Assembly: GCA_964035545.1 (NCBI GenBank)
Contig: OZ037773.1
Coordinates: 587,751-651,750 of the forward strand
Direction: 5' to 3'
Source of the DNA: Bugula neritina
Taxonomy: Eukaryota > Animalia > Bryozoa
DNA length: 64,000 nucleotides
Shown here: positions 44,801 through 63,428 of the stretch, in pieces
How the letters are laid out: the number at the start of each line of letters is the position of its first letter
How positions within the stretch are numbered: the stretch's first letter is position 1
Made by a program: the position numbers and the translations under genes
Notes under the pieces: model-generated
What the model saw: only the letters and a program-made list of their open reading frames with translations
Databases searched by the model: none
What the model was told of the DNA's origin: nothing

Positions 44801-47800
44801 TTCTGTGGAAAGGTCGAATTTTATGATAAACTGTCATGGTTTCAGTACTTTAATTTTTTTTTGATCAAGTATTTTTTCATAGCCCATAGGCAGTCGTACT
44901 TAAAGTGGTTGGACTTGTGTTGGCATATAGAGTTAGGATCAAGTTTGATTCTGTATTCATTTTCTGTTCTATACTGTAGAATTCTAGTAAAGTCATTTAC
45001 TAAATAGCTTTTTTTTTCTAGTCACATTAAAACAGTTGGTTTAAAGCAACTGCTTTGATTCTAATAAGCAAGACAAGATCTGAGAGACTGAATGCTGCCA
45101 CAACTATAACCACATCTCCGGCTGTTTCTTAATGGGTTAGCTTGTTTCTGTAGCCTTGGTGCTTGGTATTTCCTACTTCTGTCTACCCCATGGCTATAAT
45201 TGGTCTTTAGTCTAATTTAGCTGATGCTTCAGCCAACCATAGCCTTATATTTTATGGCTATAAGAACTTTTTCTGCTTGCAAATTTTAATAGCTGTTTTA
45301 AGTTTGTGTGTGATATATATCTGGTAGTGTCACTTTTGACACCAGAAATACGAACATGCAGCACGATTCCATCCTACACAGAAGTCACACAGCCCTGCTA
45401 TACTATGTAACAATTTGGTTGCCTTGCTTGCATGTTAGTCTTAGCTATAATACTACATATGTTAACATGACTTACACTGTTCATTAAATTGCTCTTTTAC
45501 CTTTTTTGTAGTCGGTTTTTTTCTAAGTCAGATGTCCATGTGAAGGAGCTGTAGAGTTATTTTCTCCTTTTATTTACAGTTTTTAGTAGCAGAGTTACCT
45601 TTCCTTCGCTTTCAGCAGTGTCTTGTAATGTAGTCACTGTGTCAGCACAGATGTTGTATGGCACGAATGCCTATGTCTTGTGATTCACCTAATGAAGTGT
45701 GAATGAATGGAGGACACAACACAACCTTTGGCCTAATGCCAACAGTTTATTTTACTACCAAAAATGTAACAATTATTCAGGCAATAAGGTTTAAGTTGCC
45801 TGCATCCTTAACAAGAGGAAAGTTGAGCTGTACTGACTCATTAAACAAAAGCTACCAGTAAAAAGCTGTTGCAAAAGCTTTCACAAAAATCGTTCTTCAA
45901 AAAATATTTTACTTAAAGCTAAAACAAAAAGCTCCTGCAACAGTCACTAGAAGAAGTTCAAAGTCTCTGTTATAAAGTTTCTATTTTTCAGGTAAATCTG
46001 ATCAATCTGATAAAAGTTTAAGTACTGGAAGCTGTTTATTGCATAACTAAATTAAGGCTGAGTCACTCACTCACTGTAATATGTTAAAGTGTTGTGTTTA
46101 GTTTGCTCTTTAGAGCAATGCAAAAATATAATAGGGTTTTTGTCGTCATCGGTTAGAATGAATGAAGCCCTTGTGCTTACTTTATTGGGTCAAAAGTCAA
46201 CTCAAATATGCTTGTGAAATTCAAGTGTAATAGACCCTCTAGGGGCATTTATATTTTGGAGTTGTGGTCTCCTCCAACCCCAAAGCAGGGGAACCTCCAT
46301 GATGGGAAGAAAGCACATTAAATCAGTAGAAATTTAAGGTTTGTGTGAAGACCGTTGCTAGCATGAGTTTCTTTTTTCTGAAAAAGATATTTTGGCATAA
46401 GCTTACAGGTTAGCAGTTCCAAAAGCGCTTCAAAATATCTTTTTTTGATAAAAAAAATCTTTACAGTATTCTGCGGTTGTGATTATTGAGCAATGCTGAA
46501 GTAGCAGCTAGGATATAATTAATCTTATCAGTCATCTGTTGTACTGGCTGTCACCACTCAGTTTAAAGCTGTTAACTTTTCAACTCTTTGGATAATAACC
46601 ATATGCCCATTGTATACAATACAGAGCTAACTATTGTATACAATGGTCAGCTCTGTCTTACTAAAATTCGAATGATCCAAATAACTGGTTTGAACCCATG
46701 CCTATAGTTTATGAAGGTACTGGCTCATCTGTATTGACACATTCAAGTAATTACATACACTTTGAAGAGTTTGTGCTGTAATATTTTAAAGGATTATAAA
46801 TGCTTTACAAAGTTTCATGCTGTGGCTAAAACCTGCTGTCTTCAAAAAGAAAATATATTACCAAAAAAGGAGAAACCTAACTTATGCAAATTTGATTTAA
46901 TATCTGTGCTATTTCAGCTCCTGTAACAACCACAGCTATTGTCACCACCACCACTACTGCCACCACTGCTGCTACTATCACCACCACTACTACTGCCGCC
47001 AGTGCTGCTACTATCAACTCTGTCACCAACTCTGTCACAAAATCTTCGACTGAAAACACAACTCTTGCAACTTCAGATGGTTTCCCAGTTTCGAGCAGTA
47101 AGAGTAAAGCTTTTGTTAGAATTCTGTTTCATACTTCTACATTGCAACTGTTCTCTGATGAGTTGGACACAAAGACAAGCATCTACACAACACACTGGAT
47201 ATAAGCTAAAACACACAGGATAATTAAGGGCAACCTGAATAAGAATAGCATGAATTTCTCTCAAAATTTAGTTTAAGTTCTTGTATAATTTAACTCTGTG
47301 GGCGGCATGTCTGTTGCCTACTTGCAATTGTTTAGCCTGAAATCATATTAGAACCAAAAAAAAGCAACTTCAATTAGGGCTGCATCATCTATCAACATTC
47401 CATTATTTAAGCTCCTTAGATAAAGTACACACAATATTTTCTCATTTCTACGTGTTCACTGAAGCTCAAAGTGATGCTAGTAGACCCTTTTCCAGCGTCT
47501 TTAAGATCACCTTTGCAATTAGGAGTTGTGTCCTCCCAACATGAAAAATAAGGTTGAAGGCATTTTTGTGGTTTTGGTTACTGAGCAATGCTGAGTTGGC
47601 AACTTTGATTCAAGTCCCATCGATCATTTGTTGTGCTGGATTGTATGACCATACACTTTACAGCTTTGACCTTACAATTCTGTAGCCAAGTCTTAGTACA
47701 GCCCGTTAGTTGATCAGACGACGTTTATAATAAATGTGTTAACATGTTTAAGTAATCATACTTTGAAAAGTTTGTGTTACATTATATTAAAGGAACCATG

Positions 47801-50726
47801 AATGCATTACATAGTTTCAGTTTAAAGATAAGAGTTTTTTTTTAAAAAGAAAGCATTACCAGAATTAGGATTGCTCAGTTTACGCAAAAATTTATTTGAA
47901 AGAAATTTTAAGAACTTGGGTTATCTCAAATTTTCAACTATTGCTCCTAAATGCTACAAATCACATAAATACTATTAAGAAATAGCAAAACTCTAATCGT
48001 AGGGCCACACGGGCGTGTTCTCGCGGACAAAAGTTTTAATCACAAGTAGGAAAGTGTCTACTGTACACTAATTTCATGCATTGAGGTTGCTGAATATCAA
48101 GTGCATATATTTTCTTTTGTCTTTGATTAATTGGCTGGCTTATTTAGCGAACCCACTTTTCTTTAGTGCTACGACTTACACAAGTTGAGAATGCTGAAAG
48201 TGGACACCTTTTTCTATTTACAATGCAAATTCTCTCCTCCTGTGTGTGGCCTTACTCTAACACAAATACCTGAATGCTAGCAGCTGGGAATAAAAATAAA
48301 AGGCCCTCTAGGTTTTTAATTGAACTATCTAGATTTATTTATTTAAACACAATTGTTACAATGGCAATAGATGTATAACCTGCTAGGAAATTGAACACTA
48401 TCTGTTAATCCACATTTCATAATTGTTCAATATTACAGATTTAACTTATATCTACATGTATATTCTTGTAAGGTGCTTTTTGTGAAAGTGATGGATATTG
48501 AGGTATTTCAGTTATTCTTATAGTATAAGTATGTAAGTAAAACTAATTGAACACGTTAACATGCACAGCTAGTTTGCTGTCTCATTCACATTGGCAGGCA
48601 TGTGCAGGTAGCTAGCAAACATGTGCTTCAAGGCAGTGATAACAGTGGAACTTGACCTAAGAAAAGTCAGCAGTGATGAATATGTCATAAAATCCAATGC
48701 ACCAAATGATTAATGGGACTTATATTGTTGTGCACTACTTAATTTGGGTGTTATTGTGTGCTGGTAATTACTGCATATCCGCTGTGAGGTTATGTGAAAA
48801 AACAAACCAGTTGATCAGGTAACTAGAAACTGTATTGAAGTCAATTACCGATGATAAAATCAGTATACATATAGAAGAGCAAAAGAGTACAATAGTCGAA
48901 ACAATTACATATAGTCAACCTAGTTAGCTACTAACACTGTCCAAGACTGCTGTGGGCGCAGGAAAGCATTGCTTATATTATACACAGAGTGGATCCTTAG
49001 TGGATGATACAAGATTCCGGCGGTGGCGTTCGTAGTTTCTCACGGTGTCGCCCGTATCTACTAATAGGGCATGACTTGGAGTTGTCATCTTTGACCATAA
49101 TCTATAGAGTTATGTTTAGCAGGGGGCACTGGGGGGTAAAACTCCCCTAACCATTACAATATTATAGCTGGCAATCCAGCGTTGCTCAGTAACAGAAACA
49201 AAATCGCAAAATGCTTTGAGTCTTGTTTTTAAAAATTCATCAAGAAAAAATATTGTTAAAAAACTTCAGGAACTGCTAATATGTGTGCTTATATAAAATT
49301 ATTTATCTCAGAAAAAAAGAAACCTATGCTAACAATAGTTTTCACCCAAACCTTAAATTTTTACTGATTTTATGTGCTTTCTCTCCATCATGGAGGTTTC
49401 CCTTGTACTTGGTTGAGGCCACAACTATAAAATGCAAATGCTCCCAGAGGCACTTTTTAAAAGGGTCTATTACCTAAAAAAGTATAGAATTTTTAGTGAA
49501 AAAATCATTAATTAACATAGAATTTAGAAGAGTTATTTAAAAAACAAAAAAGACTGCACTGCAACATTTTTTCAAAATTCCAGCAGCACCTTTTTTTATT
49601 CAGATAACATATGTTTTCCTGCTAAAATATTTTACTGGTGCTGAAAAGTCAACTTTTCAAGCAAAGTTGACCACAAATTGGGCAATTTCTGTTTTTAACT
49701 TTGCAAATGAATGAAAATTTTTAGAAAAAGTGCGCTAGGCAAAAAGGATCTACAACACAGTTTTTAAATTTTGATTCTAGAACAATTAGGTGGGATTCCA
49801 TTTTACTGGTACTGAACTGTTATATGATTGCAATGCAAACTGAAGACAGTTGCAGCTGAAAGGTTGCCCTTAACTATCCTGTGCAGAGTTGGACAGAGTT
49901 GCTCTTGAAATTGGTTTAGCAAACAGTTTCTTGACTTCTACGTTGACAATGTTTCTACAAAGCGAGATGATATTATTCTAAGGAACATATGCAAAGTTTT
50001 TAATAAATTGTTTACTCGACATAATTATATTATGTATTTTGAATTATAGAATGGCAGCAAAGTACAGCAGCAAACATAAATTAGCATCAAAAGTTTGGTT
50101 TGCTGTCTCTTACACTCATTCAATTTTATATTCAACAGGTAAAGAAAAGGTTTCGAAGAATAGGGAGGAAAAGCTAAAAGTAAGAATGAATTAATTTTTT
50201 CAAAACACAATCTATATTAGCTAGGATATTACTTTACGGAGTCATCAGACTTTACGTCTCAGCTGATCTGATTAGCTCTAGGCAACATACCATAGTTGAT
50301 CTATAAGAACTACTTTACATTTCAGTACATAGCACTATAGTTTTTTATAAAATGTGACAGTTTGGCCAATCCTGAAGTTACGTAGATATTTTATTTTTTA
50401 TTTTTATGACAACGAATTGAAGGCTTAGCTCGTTTCATAACACTATGTAGCTGGCATATCATCCCAAAAAAACTTGTATAAAAAAATAATTTTGGATGCT
50501 TTTACTTTTCAGTTCTTGCTGTAGCTGATTTCTTATTCAGCATATTATATATGGTTGAGTAGAAAAGTTGTTGAATACATCTCGTATATATATTATGTCA
50601 ATAGCTAAATCATTTCTGTTTATTTCAGATGTCGGCATTATTGCTGGTTGCTCTGTTGGTGCCGTCATTGTCTTATTGGGAATAGTTGGTGGAGTTTATG
50701 TGAAGAAAAGAATGTCAACTAATTAG
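35761..50726 (+). CDS. Copy D (~451 aa): 14-aa deletion in exon 6, long Thr stalk, frame-switching micro-exon
   Basis: Exons 35761-35807, 36173-36290, 36760-36874, 38992-39550, 39998-40125, 41066-41176, 46918-47097, optional 50139-50179 (41 nt), 50629-50726. Skipping exon 8 gives [33 protein letters not shown]. Including it gives [18 protein letters not shown] (stop at 50685). Confidence 0.8.
36961..38789 (-). mobile_element. 5'-truncated Penelope-like element (RT + GIY-YIG endonuclease), disrupted, inserted in (TA)n
   Basis: RT motifs [47 protein letters not shown] (ORF 37927..38595). CxC..CPLNGKC-VIYQA / YIG..FKTRF..H..SF..CNLC..EK..CKH GIY-YIG module (37190..37727). (TA)n on both sides. 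Confidence 0.9.
37076..37120 (-). ncRNA. Minimal type I hammerhead ribozyme in the Penelope 3'UTR
   Basis: GAC-CUGAUGA-u-CGUAG-cucgca-CUACG-u-GAAA-CAAUAUUG-UA-GUC. The palindromic stem III is typical of Penelope-associated hammerheads. Confidence 0.8.
40213..40680 (-). mobile_element. Probable 3' end of a CR1/L2-group LINE
   Basis: PSGRYR..K.R....DSF-like C-terminal motif in ORF 40370..40636, followed by an (ATCA)n tail. Absent from the homologous intron of the other copies. Confidence 0.45.
41438..42652. mobile_element. Non-autonomous TIR element with TA TSD (Tc1/mariner-pogo-like)
   Basis: TA|GGGGTAA..GGGGGGGCACAACGG(G)TC and GACCGTTGTGCCCCC..TTACCCC|TA. It splits one unit of the intron-6 gtata-ta-ctgcagg repeat. 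Confidence 0.7.
43300..45480 (-). mobile_element. Possible decayed LTR retrotransposon (Gypsy-like) remnant
   Basis: Minus-strand TGGTGTCAAAAGTG at ~45330-45343 resembles the common TGGTGTCAGAAGTG primer-binding site. The region has no counterpart in the other copies, no intact ORF and uncertain boundaries. Confidence 0.3.
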
Positions 50727-50991
50727 TATACACTAAGTTGTTGCCAACAGAGAAATAACATCTATGAACAGTCAAGTGTATGGTTTAAGGCTTAAGCTGT
50801 ATGTCACTACTTTTGAGAAATTTTTCAAATATTTCGAAAAGCTTTCTGAACAATTTGAATTTTAGAATATGATATAGAACAAAATTGGTAAATATTTCAA
50901 GTGTTTGCCATAAAATAAAAAAGCAAGATATTACATGAGCTACCCATTGTTACCTGAATTATTCGCATTACAATATATATATATATATATA

Positions 50992-51981
50992 AAATAAAAG
51001 TAATGAACGATAAAATTTGATTTAAAACACTTTATTACTACTAGTTTCATGTGCATAGAATGTACACAATCTTCAGATAAAATGTTAAGATGTAATGTAA
51101 CAAGAATAAAAACATACTATATATATGTATGAGAAATGTGTGTAAAAGCTATAAAGCCAATGGATTAAAATACATAAATAGATGGAATAAAAGTGATTAC
51201 GAGATTAAAATGTCAAGTCACATTCTCTAGGAGGAGCTTTCTAGCGTGCCTGCATGTTGTTATTATCTCATTGCGGCTGTTGAGTGAAGATAGATGTGGC
51301 TTGCAAATTATAAAGTATTTTTCTAGCAGGCATAGCTTGCAGAGTGGTGACTGCTTGTTGCATGGTTGTGCTCTGGCTAGAATTTTCCACTTTATCTCAT
51401 AAGCTATATTATTATTCTTTAATTTCCAGATGTATTTGCTCAGCTCGGTGGAGTTTTGTTTGCAAACAAAACTCCACCGAGCTGAGCAAATACATCTGGA
51501 AATTAAAGAATAATAATATAGCTTATGAGATAAAGTGGAAAATTCTAGCCAGAGCACAACCATGCAACAAGCAGTCACCACTCTGCAAGCTATGCCTGCT
51601 AGAAAAATACTTTATAATTTGCAAGCCACATCTATCTTCACTCAACAGCCGCAATGAGATAATAACAACATGCAGGCACGCTAGAAAGCTCCTCCTAGAG
51701 AATGTGACTTGACATTTTAATCTCGTAATCACTTTTATTCCATCTATTTATGTATTTTAATCCATTGGCTTTATAGCTTTTACACACATTTCTCATACAT
51801 ATATATAGTATGTTTTTATTCTTGTTACATTACATCTTAACATTTTATCTGAAGATTGTGTACATTCTATGCACATGAAACTAGTAGTAATAAAGTGTTT
51901 TAAATCAAATTTTATCGTTCATTACTTTTATTTACTCTGCTCTGCACTGCATTGAGCTCTCTTTAGTGGTAAACTATACAC

Positions 51982-51988
<7 letters not shown>
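50992..51988. mobile_element. Penelope-like 3' fragment arranged as a perfect 942-bp palindrome (50992-51933)
   Basis: Centre TTTTGTTTG|CAAACAAAA at 51462/51463, with mirror ORFs 51213..51581(-) and 51344..51712(+). GIY-YIG C-terminus STELSKYIWKLK..CKLCLLEKYFII..LNSRNE..CRH. Flanked by (TA)n. Confidence 0.88.
51839..51899 (+). ncRNA. Type I hammerhead ribozyme (mirror copy at 51026-51086 on -)
   Basis: Stem I AACAUUUUAU/AUAAAGUGUU, core CUGAAGA, stem II UGUG../..CACA, GAAA, short stem III CUA-G-UAG, GUA cleavage triplet. Confidence 0.75.
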
Positions 51989-52041
<53 letters not shown>

Positions 52042-54539
52042 AAAAATATTGTTTATCTGGGAGGAAACCGATATAGATATACCAGGTTCACGCTGGAGTT
52101 CTCAGTCTCCAGCTGTTCCCATGTGCATTCACTTCACAGCTATCAAAAAGCTATATCCATGCCAAAGCTATGATGCCATAGTCCAAATCACGGCAAAACT
52201 ATAATCTTGCAATTTCTACATGCTCTACTGATTATTACCTGCACTACCCATGACTACCTAAACTACTATCTGGCCGATAAGATTGCCGGCAAGATGTACT
52301 ACTTGTGAATAAGCATTTGATTGCACAGTTTGCATATTTTTTGTTTTCAGTTTTTTTTTTAAGTTTTAGGAACTGCAGGTTTGTCTCAATGTTTGTCTTT
52401 GCATTTAAAAGCTAGCAAAAACAAAAATTGATCAACTACTTCTCCAGTATTTCAAACACTAGTAATAGTTGTTAGTAGACTGAGTCAAATACAAAGCTTG
52501 TTGCTAAAAATGTAAACAGATTGGCCCAGAATCTCCTTTCTCTTCAACACATGTTTCATAGAGACACAGCATAGGTTTAAAGAATACATTCAACATTTCT
52601 AAAAGCTTGAAGATTGAACTCTACTAGAAAGATACTCAGTTGAAAATCCAAACTACTTGCTGGCCATTGCCATGATGAAAGGATCAAGCTAGCTACAACA
52701 AAAATCTTGATTTGGGCCATATATACACAATATGTCAATAAAGGTGAACAGGACAAGGCAGAGATAGAGAAGGATAGGTGAGGATAAAAGTGAATTCAGT
52801 CGTAATTAGTGCAAATCTAGTGGTGAAATATTAAATATTGCAGGTATGCCAGCCTATTATTTTCTTGCACTTGACACATAAATAATTTAATAGTTTTGAG
52901 TTGAATATCTCTTGGCAATATACAAACCACACATCTACTTATGGTATCAAGAGGTTGTGCCACATCCCTAACACTGAGCAGGTATGGGATTGGAGCAGCT
53001 ACACTACCTGAGGAATTACGTCTATAAACTGCTGTGATTTCATCAACCTGTTATAGACTAAAAATTTCATTATTTCAACTTAGTTACAATTTAATTTAAT
53101 TCATCCAAACAAATTTTACCTGTATATTTGCAGCAGAAATTGCTAAATCTTATACTTTATGTGTGGTGAGAATCGACGTATTGCCATTGGGCTTTGCGTG
53201 ACCTGAATCTTATTGGAAATCTTGTTTTGTTTATATATGATAGACCATTTCAACATGCATCTCATATTCAATCCATCATTAGAAATTGTACTCACCACCG
53301 AGTACATTTTTCAACTTAGTACGCATATACTACAGTATCATAAAACTAGAAGATTTTGATTGCTGCATAGTATCTAAACTGAGCTACAAAAATATTTTTA
53401 GGCCAATAGATATTCTGATAATGACACGCATAACAGCGTTTTCTAACTGCTATATTTTCTTCTTTTTCTTGCTTGTGATATTTTTTATATATTTTACTAA
53501 ATACTTCCAGAAACCAGTTACAAGGAAACTAACAATGAAAACCAACATTTGAGGCAAAGTCAAATGGCTTCAGCTGAGTGAAATTTAAACCAAATAGTAA
53601 GCACACTAAAACAAGTCTAACGGTTTTTGTATATCTTAGTTGGCTGTAGGCACAATACTAGTGCAGCTATTGTCTCTGGAATAGGACAAAATTTGACGAC
53701 TACCATAGTTAAATCAACCAAAAGCTTTATTGGCATATGCACATAAAATGCAGAGCAACTCAATTTTTTAAGCAACCAACCCATGAAGCTGAACAGAAAC
53801 TCATTCCAAAATTGCAGCTTCATATTATGTTTTATAGTCTTAGCAATTTACCTTTGAGTTACATCTGTTAGTTTTAAAAAAGGTTAAATTGTTTATGTTT
53901 TAAGCATTATTAAAGTAGCAATGCAAAGTGCTCTCTGCAACACTGCTTAGAAATAAACTTCTATTATCTAAGATTTGTTAACTCTGATATCATGTTTTTA
54001 TATGGTCTATTTTGTCTAATACTGATGTTTTAACCAGAAGTATGCTATAATCTTTGTGTGCTGTATTGATTTAATGTTAATCAAACTTTATGTTTGCTAA
54101 AGTTGCTTCATGCGCCTCAGTTGTCTGCTACTGCAAAATTAAATATTATTTATTAGTTTATCACTGCATTTCTATTACTTCCAATTGTGCAAATGGAGTT
54201 TTCATTGATGTTTGGAAACATTTGCTTCAAATAGTCCATGTAAATTGCAATCACAAATTCATTATAATATTACTAGGAGCATCCATTTGCATAATACATA
54301 GGAATGCAGCAAAAACTCAGTCTAATTACAGCAAATATAAGGAGAGTTTGAGAGAGTGATGAGGCATAATACCTGTTTACCATTGTTAGCTGTTACACTA
54401 GAGGAGCAAACAACAAGATAGTCTTGCACTTTCTAGAAGTTACAAATAAATAACAAATACACAAAAATAACACAAAATTGCACAGAGTCGTGTTATAGCC
54501 CAATGCGCAATGTCCATTTGCTTATGCACGAAGAATACA

Positions 54540-54931
54540 TAGTACAGGTGATGGTGTAGGTAGTAGTACAGACTAGAGCAAGTAATAATGAGTAATGCAG
54601 GTAATGAGTAATGCAGGTAATGAGTAATGCAGGTACTACTGAGTATCGCAAGTGAGGATGAGTAGTGTAGGTAGTAATGAGTAGTGTAGGTAACAATAAA
54701 TAGTGTAGGGAATAATAGTAGTGTAGGTAGTAATGAGTAGTGTAGGTAATAATAAATAGTGTAGGTAATAATAGTAGTGTAGGGAATAATAGTAGTGTAG
54801 GTAGTAATGAGTAGTGTAGGTAATAATAGTAGTGTAGGGAATAATAGTAGTGTAGGTAGTAATGAGTAGTGTAGGTAATAATAGTAGTGTAGGTAATAAT
54901 AAGTAGTGTAGGTAATAATAAATAGTGTAGG
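54540..54931. repeat. Minisatellite (gtagtgtaggtaataat..) 3' of copy E
   Basis: Reverse-complement relative of the 34738-34965 repeat, at the equivalent position downstream of the last exon. Confidence 0.85.
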
Positions 54932-55123
54932 CAAAACAGTTTTTTATTTTGGTTATGACAAGAACCGACGAATATATGAAACTTTCAAATCAATATATTA
55001 CATATAAGATGCAAGTTATTCAGGAAAACACTTATAATATTTTATTTTATTAAAAACCCATGACATAAAATTGATTTTTTCAAACAATGCTTGACTATTC
55101 TTTGAGAAAATGTTGAAAAAGCT

Positions 55124-60006
<4,883 letters not shown>

Positions 60007-61099
60007 AGCTGTGTGTAAGGGGTGACTCTGAAATCTGCATTCAAATTATTTTACTTTCTCGAGAGAAATAACAAACTTTTAATGAAAAAATACAATAAGT
60101 TAAACAACATAAGCGCACGAGATTTAATGTGACAATATACAAATATTTTATGGTCAGCATTAGTTTGGTTGATGTACAATGACAATGATATAATATACTG
60201 TAATTGGTATTAAGAGATTGTAAGGATTTGAGATTTTTCTTACCAATGTTTAATATCAATTTATCTTAGTCAGCCATTTTAAAAAAATTAAAAATTGTAA
60301 ATAGTTTTTAAGAATAATTCTAAAAATACTTGCAATTTGAAGCATTTGAAATATATTGATTGTTTTATAGTGGTTGACTTACAATAACTCATTTGAACTT
60401 GTTTTTCCAGAACCTCGTTGGATGAATCACAGTGACACAATGAAACATGCTTAAAAAGATTCAGTTGTGGTATTATTTTAATTGACAACTATCACAAATC
60501 TGGAAGTTCTGTATTTAAATTTATTGATCGTCAAAGGGCTCGCATAGTCCATCTTCAAAATTTGGAGCGGGAATTCAAAAATCTCTACACAGACGTGATT
60601 GAAAAATTTGACAACACTTGCAAAAAAAATTATGAACATACTGATTAATTAATTAACAAACAAACAAAAATGTCCATAGATAATTGAGTATGTTACTAAT
60701 CTGTATAAATTGTACTTAGAAAGTGTAAGCTAGATGGTGTTGTGAATTTATGTAGGTAAATCACAATGTGTGGGTAATTGAGATTGGAGCATGTAGTGTC
60801 ACAGTGTGAATACTTGAATTCAAGTTATTCATAGCGACAGTTAGGGTATAATACAATCCAATATTTTTTGCATGCCGAATAATAAACCAAGTGTGAAAAC
60901 TATATATCATAAAGAAAACATTACATGACTAAAAAGAGAGTACAAAATTATAAATTTATTGAAGTAAGCAAGCTGCACTGCAATACAACATAGGGCTGTC
61001 ACAGAACTTGTGTTATATACATGTGCAGCCTTCTCTTACGCATAGTTAGTATCAGCAGTTCATGTGACTATTGACCAAGTAAACCGTTGAGCGTAGGGA

Positions 61100-61209
<110 letters not shown>

Positions 61210-61703
61210 CAATTTAATTATGAATAAATATACGAGAAACATTGTTGTTTTATTACTTTATTAGGCAAATAAAGCAATTAACCTATATTCCGGGCACCAA
61301 TGTGCCCAACTTCAAAGTAACATTAGCAGCTAAATTGTGAACTATAGTTAAAAACTGAAGACTTTGAGTGTATAATAAATTAAGTAAAATGACCCATATA
61401 TAGCTGCTACAGAAATAAGAAAGAAGCAAGTAGCTCAATCCTCTGCCTCATTGTTGTGATTGCAATATTATTTTACTTTGCGTTTGCCACAATGGCTATT
61501 CTACACAACTCAGTAGTTCACACTGCAAGCTGGTTATATGATAAAGATAAACACTGGCTACTTATATTTTATTCAGGTAGGATGTATTTTGTTACTATTG
61601 TAATGGTTTACACTTATAAAAACTTTTTATTGTGATAGTTAAGAGAAATTCTTGGATAGCAATGTAATTTTGTTTTTTAGATTTATCTCCTCGCTGCAAA
61701 ACT

Positions 61704-62875
61704 ATGGAGTATCTAACTGAATTATATCTGATCACTGTTACTGCTGTAGTCAGCATGTCAGGGTATGGTGTTTCAAACAGTAAACTACTTTATACTCAAT
61801 TTGATCAGCCTAACTTTCAGTTAAAATGCAAACTCTACACCTTAAATTTTTCAAGCTGTTAAATAGCCCTACGTACATCTAATATGAGTATTTGTTATGG
61901 ATTCTACTTTAAAATTTTATGCAAAAAAATTCGTACATTTTTTTTATTTCGTTTTCGTTATGAACTCATAGAAAAGTTCCAGATTTAGATAAAAATAAAG
62001 AATTCAAAAATTACCATCTGGTTGTAATAATTGTATTATGTTGTTTTTTTATTTTTGCAGAATTTGTCAAAGTATAGATATGACAATAGATGATGGAGTA
62101 GTAACATCGTTAGCTGCAAACTTCTATCTTTTCTTACCCATTGGCACAGCTTACTATCTTGAAGCGAATGGCATGCAGGTACGTGACTGAGCAAGGGTTT
62201 GATGTCGGCTCTTATTTGAACATGATATATTATCCCATGTTTGCTATATTATACTGAGCAACTCAATTTAAAATATATGTCATTTACAGCCTATTATATT
62301 ATAACAATTGATGAACCTTATGCTTTTGTTGATCAAAGCATCTTATAGAACCAGCAACTGAAAACTGCATCAGAATAAAAATGAGCATGGTCTATTAAAA
62401 TCTTTTGTGGCAATGTAACATAAATTAATACAGTAGGCCTACCGCCTATGGTATCAACAGGGAGAAGCAGCAAGTACATGTTATAATATAGATGAAGCAG
62501 TGCAAATTAATAAAATTGCATTGCTTCAAAACAGCATATGAAAAAACACAAATTTGAATTTGAAATTTGTTATAGTTCAAATCATGAGCAGAATTTTAGC
62601 CAATTTTTTCAATAAAAATATATTTCTCAGCACAACATTTTTATAAACATAATAATAAACAGAAAAATAACTTAACTAAATCCACTACATTGACATCAAC
62701 ATTAGCTAATATAATGTAGAACGAAACCTGAATGCTGAATTATATGTATTGCCTTCCTTCAATTTTATCCTTCCATATTACTTAGTTTATAGAACCAGAT
62801 TTTTTCAGGCTCAACCACTGTGTAATCTCTTGTCACTTTCTTTTTTGCAGCAATCTCTTATTTTCTTCTTGTCCC

Positions 62876-62974
<99 letters not shown>

Positions 62975-63428
62975 CTAATGTAAACTTCTTAATTTCTTAA
63001 TTCTTTGTGAGGTGATGCTTTCATATACAGAGTTGACATTCTTTTGCATTTTTTTGAACTGATTTAAAAAATCCTTCAACAGAAACTATACGCGAGTTCA
63101 ATTAAATAGTTGCCTAGCATTGCATCAGATTGATCTCCATTTCTCAAGTCAATATAAATTATCAGCAACATTATGTTATGAAACATTGGCCATACTATTG
63201 CAAACTATGTAGGCCAATCTTTGTAAGAACAGTAGCTGTTATAGGACATGTATTTTCTGCGTTAGTGAGCTAGAATGGTATGATCTAATATTTTGCTTGA
63301 TTTGTTATTTTAGATAGACTTGACAGATCCTACACAGCTGTTGATAGGTGTGATGCCTCAGGTGTCTCTCAAGAGAACTGCTGCTATTTCTAACTTGCCA
63401 ATTGATAATGTGACACAACCGCTTACAG
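61704..63428 (+). CDS. Copy F (3'-partial): exons 1-3 of a more divergent paralog, head-to-head with E
   Basis: 61704-61762 (MEYLTELYLITVTAVVSMS, phase 2), 62061-62178 (GICQSIDMTIDDGVVTSLAANFYLFLPIGTAYYLEANGMQ, 118 nt), 63314-63428 ([38 protein letters not shown], 115 nt). Exon 2/3 sizes and all phases match B-E. Confidence 0.8.
62879..62970. repeat. (CT)n microsatellite
   Basis: Direct reading. Confidence 0.95.

Noticed and set aside
51193-51732. Two pairs of identical ORFs on opposite strands
   Set aside because: By-product of the palindrome; only the GIY-YIG C-terminal half derives from real coding sequence.
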